Positions 11,506 to 20,105 of a stretch of DNA of 31,979 bases are shown in pieces (positions within the stretch are counted from its first letter, which is position 1; every line of letters starts with the position of its first letter). The DNA is taken from contig JAGYOB010000071.1 of the NCBI GenBank assembly GCA_018399515.1, positions 1-31,979 of the forward strand, read 5' to 3'. The position numbers were made by a program, and so were the translations under genes. The notes under the pieces are model-generated. The model was not told where the DNA came from. It did not search any database and was given only the letters and a program-made list of their open reading frames with translations. The stretch is from Candidatus Nanopelagicales bacterium (GTDB lineage Bacteria; Actinomycetota; Actinomycetes; S36-B12).

Positions 11506-14500
11506 TGCCCCGACGTGAAGACATCGACTCTGTCCTGGTGATCGGGTCAGGCCCGATAGTCATCGGCCAGGCCTGCGAGTTCGATTACTCGGGGACCCAG
11601 GCCTGTCGTGTCCTGCGGGCCGAGGGCATTCGGGTCATCCTGGTCAACAGCAACCCGGCGACCATCATGACCGACCCGGAGTTCGCTGATGCCACCTACA
11701 TCGAACCGATCACCCCGGAGGTGGTCGAGAAGATCATCGCTCGCGAGCGACCGCGGGCGCTCCTTCCCACCCTCGGCGGACAGACTGCCCTGAACACCGC
11801 TATGGCACTGCATCGCGCAGGTGTGTTGGCGAAGTACGACGTCGAATTAATCGGTGCCGATGTCGATGCAATCGAGCGGGGTGAGAATCGTGAGATGTTC
11901 CGACAGATCGTCGCGGACGTCGGTAGTGAGAGCGCTCGTTCAGCGATCTGTCACACACTCGATGAGTGCCTGGACGCCGTGGATGATCTCGGATACCCGG
12001 TCGTGGTGCGTCCGTCCTTCACCATGGGCGGAGCCGGTTCGGGAATCGCCTTCGATGAGGATGATCTGCGTCGGATCGCCGGCACTGGATTGCAGGCGAG
12101 TCCCACCAGTGAAGTTCTGCTCGAGGAATCGATTCTGGGGTGGAAGGAGTACGAGCTCGAACTGATGCGGGATCGCAACGACAACGTCGTCGTGGTGTGC
12201 TCGATCGAGAACCTCGATCCGATGGGAGTGCACACCGGAGACTCGATCACTGTTGCGCCGGCACTGACGCTGACCGATCGCGAATACCAGCGAATGCGTG
12301 ATGTGGCTATCGACATCATCCGCGCCGTCGGGGTCGATACGGGTGGTTGCAACATTCAATTCGCGGTCGATCCCAGCGACGGTCGGCTGGTGGTCATCGA
12401 GATGAACCCTCGCGTGTCGCGGTCGTCAGCACTCGCGTCGAAAGCAACAGGGTTTCCCATTGCGAAGATCGCGGCGAAACTCGCCGTGGGATACACCCTG
12501 GACGAGATCCCCAACGACATCACGAAGGAGACCCCGGCATCCTTCGAGCCAGCCCTGGACTACATCGTGGTGAAGGTTCCCCGTTTCGCCTTCGAGAAGT
12601 TCCCCGGCGCTGATCCCACACTGACGACCACGATGAAATCAGTGGGTGAAGCGATGGCGATCGGACGCAACTTCACCGAGGCGCTCAATAAGGCCCTGCG
12701 GTCACTGGAGAAACCCGACGCGGTGTTCTGCTGGGCTGGATCGGCCGACGCTGTCGATGTCGCGGCTGAGCTCGAGGCTGCCCGCACTCCCCATGACGGT
12801 CGTCTCACTCGAGTCCAACGAGCGCTGTGGGGAGGGGCCAGTGTTGCTGAGGTGGCGCAGGCGACGGGTATCGATCCGTGGTTCTGTGACCAGTTGCAGC
12901 TCCTCAACGACTGGGCCGAGGCGCTGCGTGAGGCGCCACATCTGGATGCCCAGATGCTGCAGGCGGTGAAGCGGCACGGTTTCTCCGATCTCCAGATCGG
13001 TCAGATCCGCGGCATGGCCGAGGTCGAGGTGCGCGAATTGCGCCATGCGCTCGGCGTGCGGCCAGTCTTCAAGACCGTCGATACATGCGCGGCAGAGTTC
13101 GAAGCCCAGACCCCTTACCACTACTCCTCCTATGATGAGGAGACCGAGGTCGAACCCAAAGATCGCGACAAGGTCATCATCCTCGGATCGGGGCCGAACA
13201 GGATCGGTCAGGGAATCGAATTCGACTACTCCTGCGTGCACGCGAGCATGACGCTGCGTGATGCCGGATACGAAACGATCATGGTCAACTGCAATCCCGA
13301 GACCGTCTCGACCGACTACGACACTTCTGACCGCCTGTATTTCGAGCCGCTCACCTTGGAGGATGTGCTCGAGGTCGTCCATGCGGAATCCACGGTGGGA
13401 CGCATAGCGGGAGTCATCGTCCAATTGGGCGGCCAGACCCCGCTGGGTCTGGCGCAGGGCTTGAAGGATGCCGGGGTCCCAATCGTCGGGACCACCCCGG
13501 AGTCCATTCACCTGGCGGAAGAACGTGGCGCATTCGGTCAGGTACTCGCCGACGCAGGGTTGCCGGCACCGCGACACGGCATGGCTTTCTCTTTCGACGA
13601 GGCGCGCTTGATCGCCGATGAGATTGGTTATCCGGTTCTTGTCCGGCCGTCCTATGTCCTCGGTGGTCGTGGCATGGAGATCGTCTATGACGAGTCGATG
13701 CTGGCTGATTACCTCGAGCGTGCCGCCCGGGTGAACCCCGAGCACCCGGTGCTCGTCGACCGATTCCTCGACGATGCGGTCGAGATCGATGTCGATGCCT
13801 TGTTCGACGGGACGGATCTCTATGTCGGTGGTGTCATGGAGCACATCGAGGAGGCCGGCGTCCACTCCGGGGACTCCGCCTGCACCTTGCCGCCGGTGAC
13901 TCTCGGCCCGGGAGAGATCAACCGCATCGTGGAATCGACCCGTGCCATCGCGCAAGGCGTTGGTGTGCTGGGCTTATTGAACGTCCAATTCGCCCTGGCG
14001 GGCAATGTTCTGCATGTTCTCGAAGCCAATCCACGAGCCTCGAGGACAGTGCCGTTCGTGTCGAAGGCGACGGCTGTTCCATTAGCCAAAGCTGCTGCTC
14101 GCATCATGCTCGGAGCGAGCATCGCGCAATTACGAGCGGAGGGGATGCTGCCGGCGAATGGCGATGGTTCCAGTCTGCCGGCGGGAACGGCGATTTCAGT
14201 CAAGGAAGCGGTGCTTCCCTTCGGTAGGTTCCACGGTGTCGACACCGTGCTCGGTCCGGAGATGAAATCGACGGGCGAGGTGATGGGCATCGATGTCGAC
14301 TTCGGTAGTGCCTTCGCCAAATCGCAGATGGCGGCCTATGCCGGTGGGTTACCCTCGCGCGGCACCGTGTTCGTCTCGGTTGCCGACCGCGACAAGCGGT
14401 CGCTGATCTTCCCCGCAAAGCGTCTGGTGGATCTCGGCTTCGACATCGTGGCGACCGAAGGCACCGCAGAGGTTCTGCACCGCCATGGAATCGCGGCCAG

Positions 14501-14819
14501 CACGCTGCGCAAACTCCGTGACGGCGTGGGCCCCCGTGGCGAGCAGACGACAGTGCAGGCGATCCTCGCCGGAGACATCGATTTGATTATCAACACCCCG
14601 TTTGGTGTCGGCCCCCGATTGGATGGTTATGAAATCCGCACCGCGGCGGTGCTCACCGGGACAGCGTGCATCACGACCATCCAGGGGTTATCGGCCACTG
14701 TTTTGGGTATCGAGGCGCTCGTGGATGATCGCATCGGGGTGCGATCACTCCAGGAACACTCCGCCGACTTGAAGCGGCTACGCGAGGCCGCATTCGCTGA
14801 TGCTCGGGAAGGACTCTGA
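11505..14819 (+). CDS. carB: Carbamoyl-phosphate synthase large subunit, 1104 aa
   Basis: [54 protein letters not shown]; C-terminal MGS-like domain. Confidence 0.98.
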   Translation: MPRREDIDSVLVIGSGPIVIGQACEFDYSGTQACRVLRAEGIRVILVNSNPATIMTDPEFADATYIEPITPEVVEKIIARERPRALLPTLGGQTALNTAMALHRAGVLAKYDVELIGADVDAIERGENREMFRQIVADVGSESARSAICHTLDECLDAVDDLGYPVVVRPSFTMGGAGSGIAFDEDDLRRIAGTGLQASPTSEVLLEESILGWKEYELELMRDRNDNVVVVCSIENLDPMGVHTGDSITVAPALTLTDREYQRMRDVAIDIIRAVGVDTGGCNIQFAVDPSDGRLVVIEMNPRVSRSSALASKATGFPIAKIAAKLAVGYTLDEIPNDITKETPASFEPALDYIVVKVPRFAFEKFPGADPTLTTTMKSVGEAMAIGRNFTEALNKALRSLEKPDAVFCWAGSADAVDVAAELEAARTPHDGRLTRVQRALWGGASVAEVAQATGIDPWFCDQLQLLNDWAEALREAPHLDAQMLQAVKRHGFSDLQIGQIRGMAEVEVRELRHALGVRPVFKTVDTCAAEFEAQTPYHYSSYDEETEVEPKDRDKVIILGSGPNRIGQGIEFDYSCVHASMTLRDAGYETIMVNCNPETVSTDYDTSDRLYFEPLTLEDVLEVVHAESTVGRIAGVIVQLGGQTPLGLAQGLKDAGVPIVGTTPESIHLAEERGAFGQVLADAGLPAPRHGMAFSFDEARLIADEIGYPVLVRPSYVLGGRGMEIVYDESMLADYLERAARVNPEHPVLVDRFLDDAVEIDVDALFDGTDLYVGGVMEHIEEAGVHSGDSACTLPPVTLGPGEINRIVESTRAIAQGVGVLGLLNVQFALAGNVLHVLEANPRASRTVPFVSKATAVPLAKAAARIMLGASIAQLRAEGMLPANGDGSSLPAGTAISVKEAVLPFGRFHGVDTVLGPEMKSTGEVMGIDVDFGSAFAKSQMAAYAGGLPSRGTVFVSVADRDKRSLIFPAKRLVDLGFDIVATEGTAEVLHRHGIAASTLRKLRDGVGPRGEQTTVQAILAGDIDLIINTPFGVGPRLDGYEIRTAAVLTGTACITTIQGLSATVLGIEALVDDRIGVRSLQEHSADLKRLREAAFADAREGL

Positions 14820-15679
14820 TGCCGATTCAGTATCGAAGCGAGGTCGTGTCGTCACGGCGTGCCGGGCAGTACCACGTCCTGACCCTGACAGCTGGATCCA
14901 TTACGGAGACGACGAAGCCAGGCCACTTCCTCGGGGTCGCCATCGGGGGCGATGAGTCGGGGCTCCTCCTGCGACGAGCCTTCTCGATTCATGGCGTGCA
15001 GGAGCGGGGAGTCTTCGGCGGTACGGTCGACATCGTCGTCGCAGCTCATGGAGCGGGAACCCGTTGGCTCGTCGGGCGTCATCGCGCCGACCCTCTGGAC
15101 ATCATCGGACCTCTCGGTCGCCCGTTCTCGCTACCCCGTGATCCGGTGTCATGCGCGCTCGTGGGCGGTGGATACGGTTCGGCGCCACTGTTCATGCTGG
15201 CCGAGCATCTGCGGGCACGCGGCTGTCGAGTGGACATGGTCCTCGGTGCTGGTACCGAGGAGAAATTGTTCGGGGTACTGGAAGCCAAACGGATGGCATC
15301 GACGGTCACGATCACAACCGACGACGGCACGTTGGGCGAAGCCGGTCGTGTCACCGACGCCCTCGGCAGGGTGATGGACCAACACGACACGGATGTGGTG
15401 TATGCGTGCGGACCGATGGGGATGCTCGCTGCCGTTGCGGGTATCGCCAGCGAACGCGGCGTGTACAGCCAGTGCGCGGTCGAAGAGTCGATGGCATGCG
15501 GCGTCGGCGTCTGCATGACATGCGTCCTTCCTGTCATCGGAGATGATGGCCTGACCCGCATGGTTCGTTCCTGTGTCGAAGGACCGGTCTTTCGTGGCGA
15601 CCGGGTTCGTTGGGCGGAGGTTGGCACGATTCCCCCGGATACGCTCGGGGCTCCCGACCTGGATGGAGGGTCTCGATGA
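14819..15679 (+). CDS. pyrK: Dihydroorotate dehydrogenase B electron-transfer subunit, 286 aa
   Basis: RRAFSI (FAD), GGGYGSAPL, YACGP and the 2Fe-2S motif EESMACGVGVCMTC...RSCVEGPVF; directly upstream of pyrD. Confidence 0.9.
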   Translation: MPIQYRSEVVSSRRAGQYHVLTLTAGSITETTKPGHFLGVAIGGDESGLLLRRAFSIHGVQERGVFGGTVDIVVAAHGAGTRWLVGRHRADPLDIIGPLGRPFSLPRDPVSCALVGGGYGSAPLFMLAEHLRARGCRVDMVLGAGTEEKLFGVLEAKRMASTVTITTDDGTLGEAGRVTDALGRVMDQHDTDVVYACGPMGMLAAVAGIASERGVYSQCAVEESMACGVGVCMTCVLPVIGDDGLTRMVRSCVEGPVFRGDRVRWAEVGTIPPDTLGAPDLDGGSR

Positions 15680-16719
15680 CACGAGCCGTGGTTCGGCCTG
15701 CTGAGGCGCTTGCGCCGCAGGTCCACGACGAGGTGGACATGTCGACTCATCTCGCGGGGCTCGACCTACCCAGTCCAGTCCTCACCGCGTCCGGTTGTGC
15801 GGCAGCCGGGCGCGAACTCGATCAGTTCTTCGACCTCACCCGTATCGGAGCAGTGGTGACGAAGAGCATCATGCCCGAGCCACGGTCAGGACGGGCTACG
15901 CCGCGGATGGCCGAGACGCCCAGCGGGATGCTCAACTCGATCGGGTTGCAAGGACCGGGAATCGCGTCGTTCATCGAGCGTGATCTGGCATGGCTGCATC
16001 AACGGGGTGCGCGGGCTGTGGTGTCCATCGCCGGCGACACGGTCGACGATTACGCGCGGCTCGCAAAGATCCTGCGGATGCAGGAGGGGATCAGCGCCAT
16101 CGAGGTCAATATCTCCTGCCCGAATGTCGAGGATCGCGGCAAGGTGTTCGCCTGCGATGCAGGAAGTTCATCGGCGGTGATCCAGGCTGTGCGCCGCAAT
16201 ACTGATTCCCGAGTACCTATCCTGGCCAAACTCTCGCCGGATGTCACCGACATCACCACGATCGCGTTGGCGTGTGTGCGAGCAGGCGCTGACGGCCTGT
16301 CGGTCATCAACACTCTGCTCGGCATGGTCATCGACACCGATCGTCTGCGTCCAGCGCTCGCGGGGGTCACCGGAGGATTGTCCGGCCCGGCCATCCGCCC
16401 GGTGGCCGTGCGCTGCGTCTGGCAGATTCGCCAGGTGATGCCCGAGGTGCCCATTCTGGGCATGGGGGGCATCCGTACCGGATTGGACGCGCTGCAGTTC
16501 GTGTTGGCCGGAGCGAACGCGGTGTCGGTGGGAACCATGGTGTTCAACGATCCGAGTGCGCCGCTGCGGGTGCATCACGAACTGCAGACGGCTCTCGCCG
16601 AGCGCGGTTTCACTCGATTGATCGATGCGATCTCCTACGCTCACGGATACCTCGACCGGGAGCACCCGGCATCCGACCCGGTCGAGGATGACGTCGAAGC
16701 GGCCACGGAGGAGCCGTGA
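15676..16719 (+). CDS. pyrD: Dihydroorotate dehydrogenase, class 1B catalytic subunit, about 347 aa
   Basis: VTKS, NSIGLQGPG, EVNISCPN (family-1 catalytic Cys), KLSP, INT, GGLSG. ATGA overlap with pyrK; ATG 15739 is an alternative start. Confidence 0.93.
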   Translation: MTRAVVRPAEALAPQVHDEVDMSTHLAGLDLPSPVLTASGCAAAGRELDQFFDLTRIGAVVTKSIMPEPRSGRATPRMAETPSGMLNSIGLQGPGIASFIERDLAWLHQRGARAVVSIAGDTVDDYARLAKILRMQEGISAIEVNISCPNVEDRGKVFACDAGSSSAVIQAVRRNTDSRVPILAKLSPDVTDITTIALACVRAGADGLSVINTLLGMVIDTDRLRPALAGVTGGLSGPAIRPVAVRCVWQIRQVMPEVPILGMGGIRTGLDALQFVLAGANAVSVGTMVFNDPSAPLRVHHELQTALAERGFTRLIDAISYAHGYLDREHPASDPVEDDVEAATEEP

Positions 16720-17435
16720 TCGCCCCGATCGCGGTGGCGCTGGATGCACCTGATGCGCAGACCTTGACGCGGTGGGCGGCGGCTGTCACCGGGGTGGTGA
16801 GCACGGTGAAGATCGGGCTCGAGGTGTACCTGCGAGATGGGGCACCGGCTGTCCATGCTGTCCGCGAGACGGTGGGTCCTGACTGCGGGGTGTTCTTGGA
16901 CCTGAAACTGCATGACATTCCCGCGACGGTCGGGGGAGCAGCCCGGTCGGTGCGAGACCTTCGCCCCGACTTCCTCACCGTTCATGCCGCGGGCGGGCCG
17001 CAGATGATCGCGGCGGCCGCGGAGGCACTTCCCGATACTCAGATCACGGCTGTGACCGTCCTGACATCGCTGAGCGAAGTCGATCTACACCGCTTAGGCA
17101 TACTCGTTGGGGATGACTCCGTCGCCGATGTCGTCCAACGATGGGCTCTCCTCGCCGTCGAGGCGGGAGCGCGGGCTGTGGTGTGTTCCCCCCAGGAGGT
17201 AGCGGTACTCCGGGGCGCCGTTCCCGCGGACGTCACGCTCATCACGCCGGGTGTGCGACCGGCAGGTGCCGATGCCGGTGATCAACAGCGGATCGCGACA
17301 CCGTCGAGTGCCCTCGCGTCGGGTGCTGACCTCCTGGTGATCGGGCGACCGATCACTGCAGCGACCGATCCGCGCGCTGCTGCGCAGTCCATAGCGCGGG
17401 AGTGTTTCGATGTTCTCGACCATCGTCAGGAGTGA
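16716..17435 (+). CDS. pyrF: Orotidine-5'-phosphate decarboxylase, 239 aa
   Basis: IAVALD, KIG, FLDLKLHDIPATV, TVHAAGG, AVTVLTS, TPGVR, VIGRPI. Confidence 0.96.
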   Translation: MIAPIAVALDAPDAQTLTRWAAAVTGVVSTVKIGLEVYLRDGAPAVHAVRETVGPDCGVFLDLKLHDIPATVGGAARSVRDLRPDFLTVHAAGGPQMIAAAAEALPDTQITAVTVLTSLSEVDLHRLGILVGDDSVADVVQRWALLAVEAGARAVVCSPQEVAVLRGAVPADVTLITPGVRPAGADAGDQQRIATPSSALASGADLLVIGRPITAATDPRAAAQSIARECFDVLDHRQE

Positions 17436-17441
17436 CCGACG

Positions 17442-18314
17442 ATGACGACACCATCCCTGGACGATGAGGCCCGGTTGCGGGGGCGCGAGCAGGCGTTGGC
17501 GGCTCGACAACGACGAGCGCAGGTCAAGGCGGAGCTGAAGGCTGGTGCACTCAATCTCCCGGACATCCTCGCGTTGCGCGATGACCCGGTGTTGTCCCGT
17601 CTGCGCATCGGCGAGATCGTGCGGTCGCTACCTGGATTCGGCCCGGCGCGCACGCATCGACTTCTGACCGGCTGCGATATCGATCCTTCTCGACGGCTCG
17701 GTCAACTCGGCGAGCACCAACGGCAGCGATTGATCTCGGCGGTTCTGTCGATGCGGGGGCTGTCCGCGCCGGCGCGCTTGATTGTTCTTTCGGGGCCCTC
17801 GGGAGTCGGGAAGTCCTCGGTCGTGGGCTATCTGCGCGAACATCATCCGGGAGTGTGGTTCTCCGTTTCGGTCACCACGCGCTCGCCGCGACCGGGAGAG
17901 ATCGACGGGGTGGACTATCACTTCATCGACCAGGTGGAGTTCGACCGGCTTCGAGATTCGGGTGAGTTGCTGGAGTGGGCGGTGTTCGCCGGTAACTCCT
18001 ATGGCACTCCAGCCGAGCCGGTCCGGCGCCGATTGGCCCATGGTGAGCCGGTGATCTGCGAGATCGAATTGCAGGGGGCGCGGCAGGTGCGCGCTCGCGA
18101 TCGGCAGGCGGTTCTGGTGTTCCTCGCCCCACCCTCCTGGGATGTCCTCGTCCAGCGCTTGACCGGACGGGGAACAGAAGAGCCTGAGGTCGTCGCTTCG
18201 CGGTTGGTCACCGCCCAGCGGGAACTCGCGGCCGAGAGCGAATTCGATGTGGTGGTCGTCAACGACAGCGTGGCCCAAGCGGCCGAGGAGATCGTCGGGC
18301 TCATCACAGGCTAG
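17442..18314 (+). CDS. gmk: Fusion of an actinobacterial integration host factor (mIHF, S13-like H2TH) domain, aa 1-103, with guanylate kinase, aa 104-290
   Basis: The N-terminal part ([16 protein letters not shown]...[10 protein letters not shown]...[11 protein letters not shown]) aligns by eye with mIHF/sIHF. The C-terminal part has [10 protein letters not shown] (P-loop), [38 protein letters not shown] and FLAPPS. No stop codon between the domains. SD AGGAG at 17428-17432. Confidence 0.92.
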   Translation: MTTPSLDDEARLRGREQALAARQRRAQVKAELKAGALNLPDILALRDDPVLSRLRIGEIVRSLPGFGPARTHRLLTGCDIDPSRRLGQLGEHQRQRLISAVLSMRGLSAPARLIVLSGPSGVGKSSVVGYLREHHPGVWFSVSVTTRSPRPGEIDGVDYHFIDQVEFDRLRDSGELLEWAVFAGNSYGTPAEPVRRRLAHGEPVICEIELQGARQVRARDRQAVLVFLAPPSWDVLVQRLTGRGTEEPEVVASRLVTAQRELAAESEFDVVVVNDSVAQAAEEIVGLITG

Positions 18315-18317
18315 GAT
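18312..18317 (+). promoter_or_regulatory. Candidate -10 element (TAGGAT) for rpoZ-coaBC, overlapping the gmk stop codon
   Basis: TANNNT hexamer at the start of a 79-nt intergenic region; SD-like AGGAAGG lies upstream of the rpoZ GTG. Confidence 0.35.
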
Positions 18318-18393
18318 GCTGTCTTGCTGCTGGGGTCCGACTCGTCCAGCCCGCGCCCCCGTGGGGGGATACACCGATAGGAAGGCCACGCCC

Positions 18394-18750
18394 GTGCCGT
18401 CACCGCGCCCCGAGGGAATCACCTATCCGGCGATCGATGATCTGCTGGAACGGACCGACTCCAAGTACTCGCTGGTGATCTATTCCGCCAAGCGGGCGCG
18501 ACAGATCAACGCGTACTTCTCCCAGTTGGGGGAAGGACTCTTGGAATACGTGGGGCCCCTCGTGGAGACTCACGTTCAGGAGAAGCCCCTGTCGATCGCG
18601 CTTCGTGAGATCGATGCGGGCCTGCTCACGGCAGAGCCAATCGATCCCAATGCAGTACCCGTCGTCGAGACCGCGGTGACCGACACCTTCACGGTCGTCG
18701 ACTCCGACACTGCGGGTGCAACGGGTGACGAACCCTTGGACGCGTCCTGA
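18394..18750 (+). CDS. rpoZ: RNA polymerase omega subunit, about 118 aa
   Basis: [43 protein letters not shown] 18394 follows an SD-like sequence. Confidence 0.95.
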   Translation: MPSPRPEGITYPAIDDLLERTDSKYSLVIYSAKRARQINAYFSQLGEGLLEYVGPLVETHVQEKPLSIALREIDAGLLTAEPIDPNAVPVVETAVTDTFTVVDSDTAGATGDEPLDAS

Positions 18751-19964
18751 GCGCACGCATCCTGCTGGGGGTTTCGGGTGGCATCGCCGCCTACAAGTCC
18801 TGCACGCTCGTGCGTCTGCTTCGCGAAACCGGTCACGATGTTCGCGTCGTGCCTACTGAGTCAGCCCTGAAATTCGTCGGGGCCGCGACTTGGGAGGCGC
18901 TGTCAGGTCATCCGGTCACCCATGAGGTGTGGGATGACGTTCCCTCCGTTGCTCACGTCGAACGTGGTCGGTGGGCGGATCTGGTCATCGTTGCACCGGC
19001 CACCGCCGATCTGCTTGCCCGCGCCGTTGCCGGGATGGCCGATGACCTGCTCACGACATCGCTCCTGACCGCTACCTGTCCGGTGCTCTTCGCACCTGCG
19101 ATGCACACCGAGATGTGGCTGCATCCAGCAACCCAGGCCAATGTTTCGACCCTGCGATCTCGGGGCATGCACGTACTGCCCCCGGCGGTGGGACGACTGA
19201 CCGGTGCTGATTCGGGTCCCGGGCGCCTTCCCGAGCCGGCGCAGATCATGGCTGCTGCCCTGCCCCTGCTCGCACCCCAGGACCTTGCCGGACGACGGGT
19301 GCTGGTGTCCGCGGGAGGAACTCGTGAGCCCCTCGACCCGGTTCGCTACCTGGGCAATCGCAGCAGCGGACGTCAGGGTGTCGCGGTCGCGCAGCGAGCC
19401 CGTGATCGCGGTGCGCAGGTGACCTTGGTCGCAGCACATCTGGATATTGATCCTCCCGGGGGCGTCGACGTGATCGAGGTGGATACCGCAGCATCGCTGC
19501 GCCAGGCCATGGTGGAGCGCCTCACCGAGGCAGACGTCATCGTGATGGCAGCCGCCGTCGCGGACTTCCGGCCCGCTGAGGTAGCTGAACACAAGATCAA
19601 GAAGACCGACTCCGGCCGGGCAGAGGCGATCAGTCTCGCGCTGGAACGCACGGCGGATGTTCTCGTCGAACTCGTCGAGGCGCGCTCTGCCGGCCAGGTC
19701 ATTATCGGATTCGCCGCCGAAACCGGATCCGCCGCAGCGAGTGCCCTCGAGATCGGTCGCGAGAAACTCACTCGCAAGGGCTGCGATCTGCTCGTCGTCA
19801 ACGATGTCAGCGGGGATCGCGTCTTCGGCCGCGATACGAACGAGGCGGTGATCCTCGACCGATCCGGACCTGATGTCGACGTCCCTCGGGCCAGCAAAGC
19901 CGCGGTGGCCGACACGCTGTGGGACACCGTGGCGCAACGCTATTTGACCCACCCGATAAAGTGA
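18747..19964 (+). CDS. coaBC: Bifunctional phosphopantothenoylcysteine decarboxylase / phosphopantothenate-cysteine ligase, about 405 aa, probable CTG start
   Basis: [13 protein letters not shown] lies upstream of the ORF-track start; [74 protein letters not shown]. Function is secure; the start codon is inferred. Confidence 0.95.
   Translation: MSARILLGVSGGIAAYKSCTLVRLLRETGHDVRVVPTESALKFVGAATWEALSGHPVTHEVWDDVPSVAHVERGRWADLVIVAPATADLLARAVAGMADDLLTTSLLTATCPVLFAPAMHTEMWLHPATQANVSTLRSRGMHVLPPAVGRLTGADSGPGRLPEPAQIMAAALPLLAPQDLAGRRVLVSAGGTREPLDPVRYLGNRSSGRQGVAVAQRARDRGAQVTLVAAHLDIDPPGGVDVIEVDTAASLRQAMVERLTEADVIVMAAAVADFRPAEVAEHKIKKTDSGRAEAISLALERTADVLVELVEARSAGQVIIGFAAETGSAAASALEIGREKLTRKGCDLLVVNDVSGDRVFGRDTNEAVILDRSGPDVDVPRASKAAVADTLWDTVAQRYLTHPIK
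19957..19962 (+). promoter_or_regulatory. Candidate -10 element (TAAAGT) in the last codons of coaBC, for the riboswitch-metK transcript
   Basis: TANNNT hexamer that would put +1 at about 19969, immediately before riboswitch P1 (19971). Confidence 0.45.
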
Positions 19965-19970
19965 CGCCCA

Positions 19971-20071
19971 TCGTCTCGAGCGCCAGTGTCAAGCCCCGGC
20001 TCGCTGGCCGGCAACCCTCGTAATCGCGGTGGGGTGCCCCGGGTGGTGACGAGGCCCATCGGGCAAGCGCG
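19971..20071 (+). ncRNA. SAM-IV riboswitch (S-adenosylmethionine-sensing cis-regulatory RNA)
   Basis: P1 TCGTC 19971-75 / GACGA 20048-52; GAG 19978-80; P2 GCCAG 19982-86 / CTGGC 20004-08; PK1 CCCGG 19995-99 / CCGGG 20039-43; P3 GGCAACCC 20010-17 / GGGTGCC 20032-38; P4 GCCC-ATC-GGGC 20054-64; 3' tail AAGCGCG 20065-71 can pair with CGCG 20025-28 (PK2). Matches the SAM-IV consensus as I recall it and sits upstream of metK. Confidence 0.92.
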
Positions 20072-20105
20072 CTAGCTCTGCCCCGCTGCGAAGGAGTCAG
20101 TGTCA

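Noticed and set aside
12702-13955. Long minus-strand ORF (417 aa) opposite carB, plus similar ones at 1619-2644, 7409-8422, 18903-19952, 20283-21401, 22777-23856 and 27219-28340
   Set aside because: No recognisable motifs. These are antisense shadows expected from high-GC codon bias in well-conserved plus-strand genes.
6975-17435. pyrE and pyrI missing from the pyr operon
   Set aside because: Normal for actinobacteria: pyrE is usually elsewhere, and this PyrB class has no PyrI.
19944-19949. TTGACC as the -35 for the metK promoter
   Set aside because: Only 7 nt from the TAAAGT hexamer; the spacing is incompatible.
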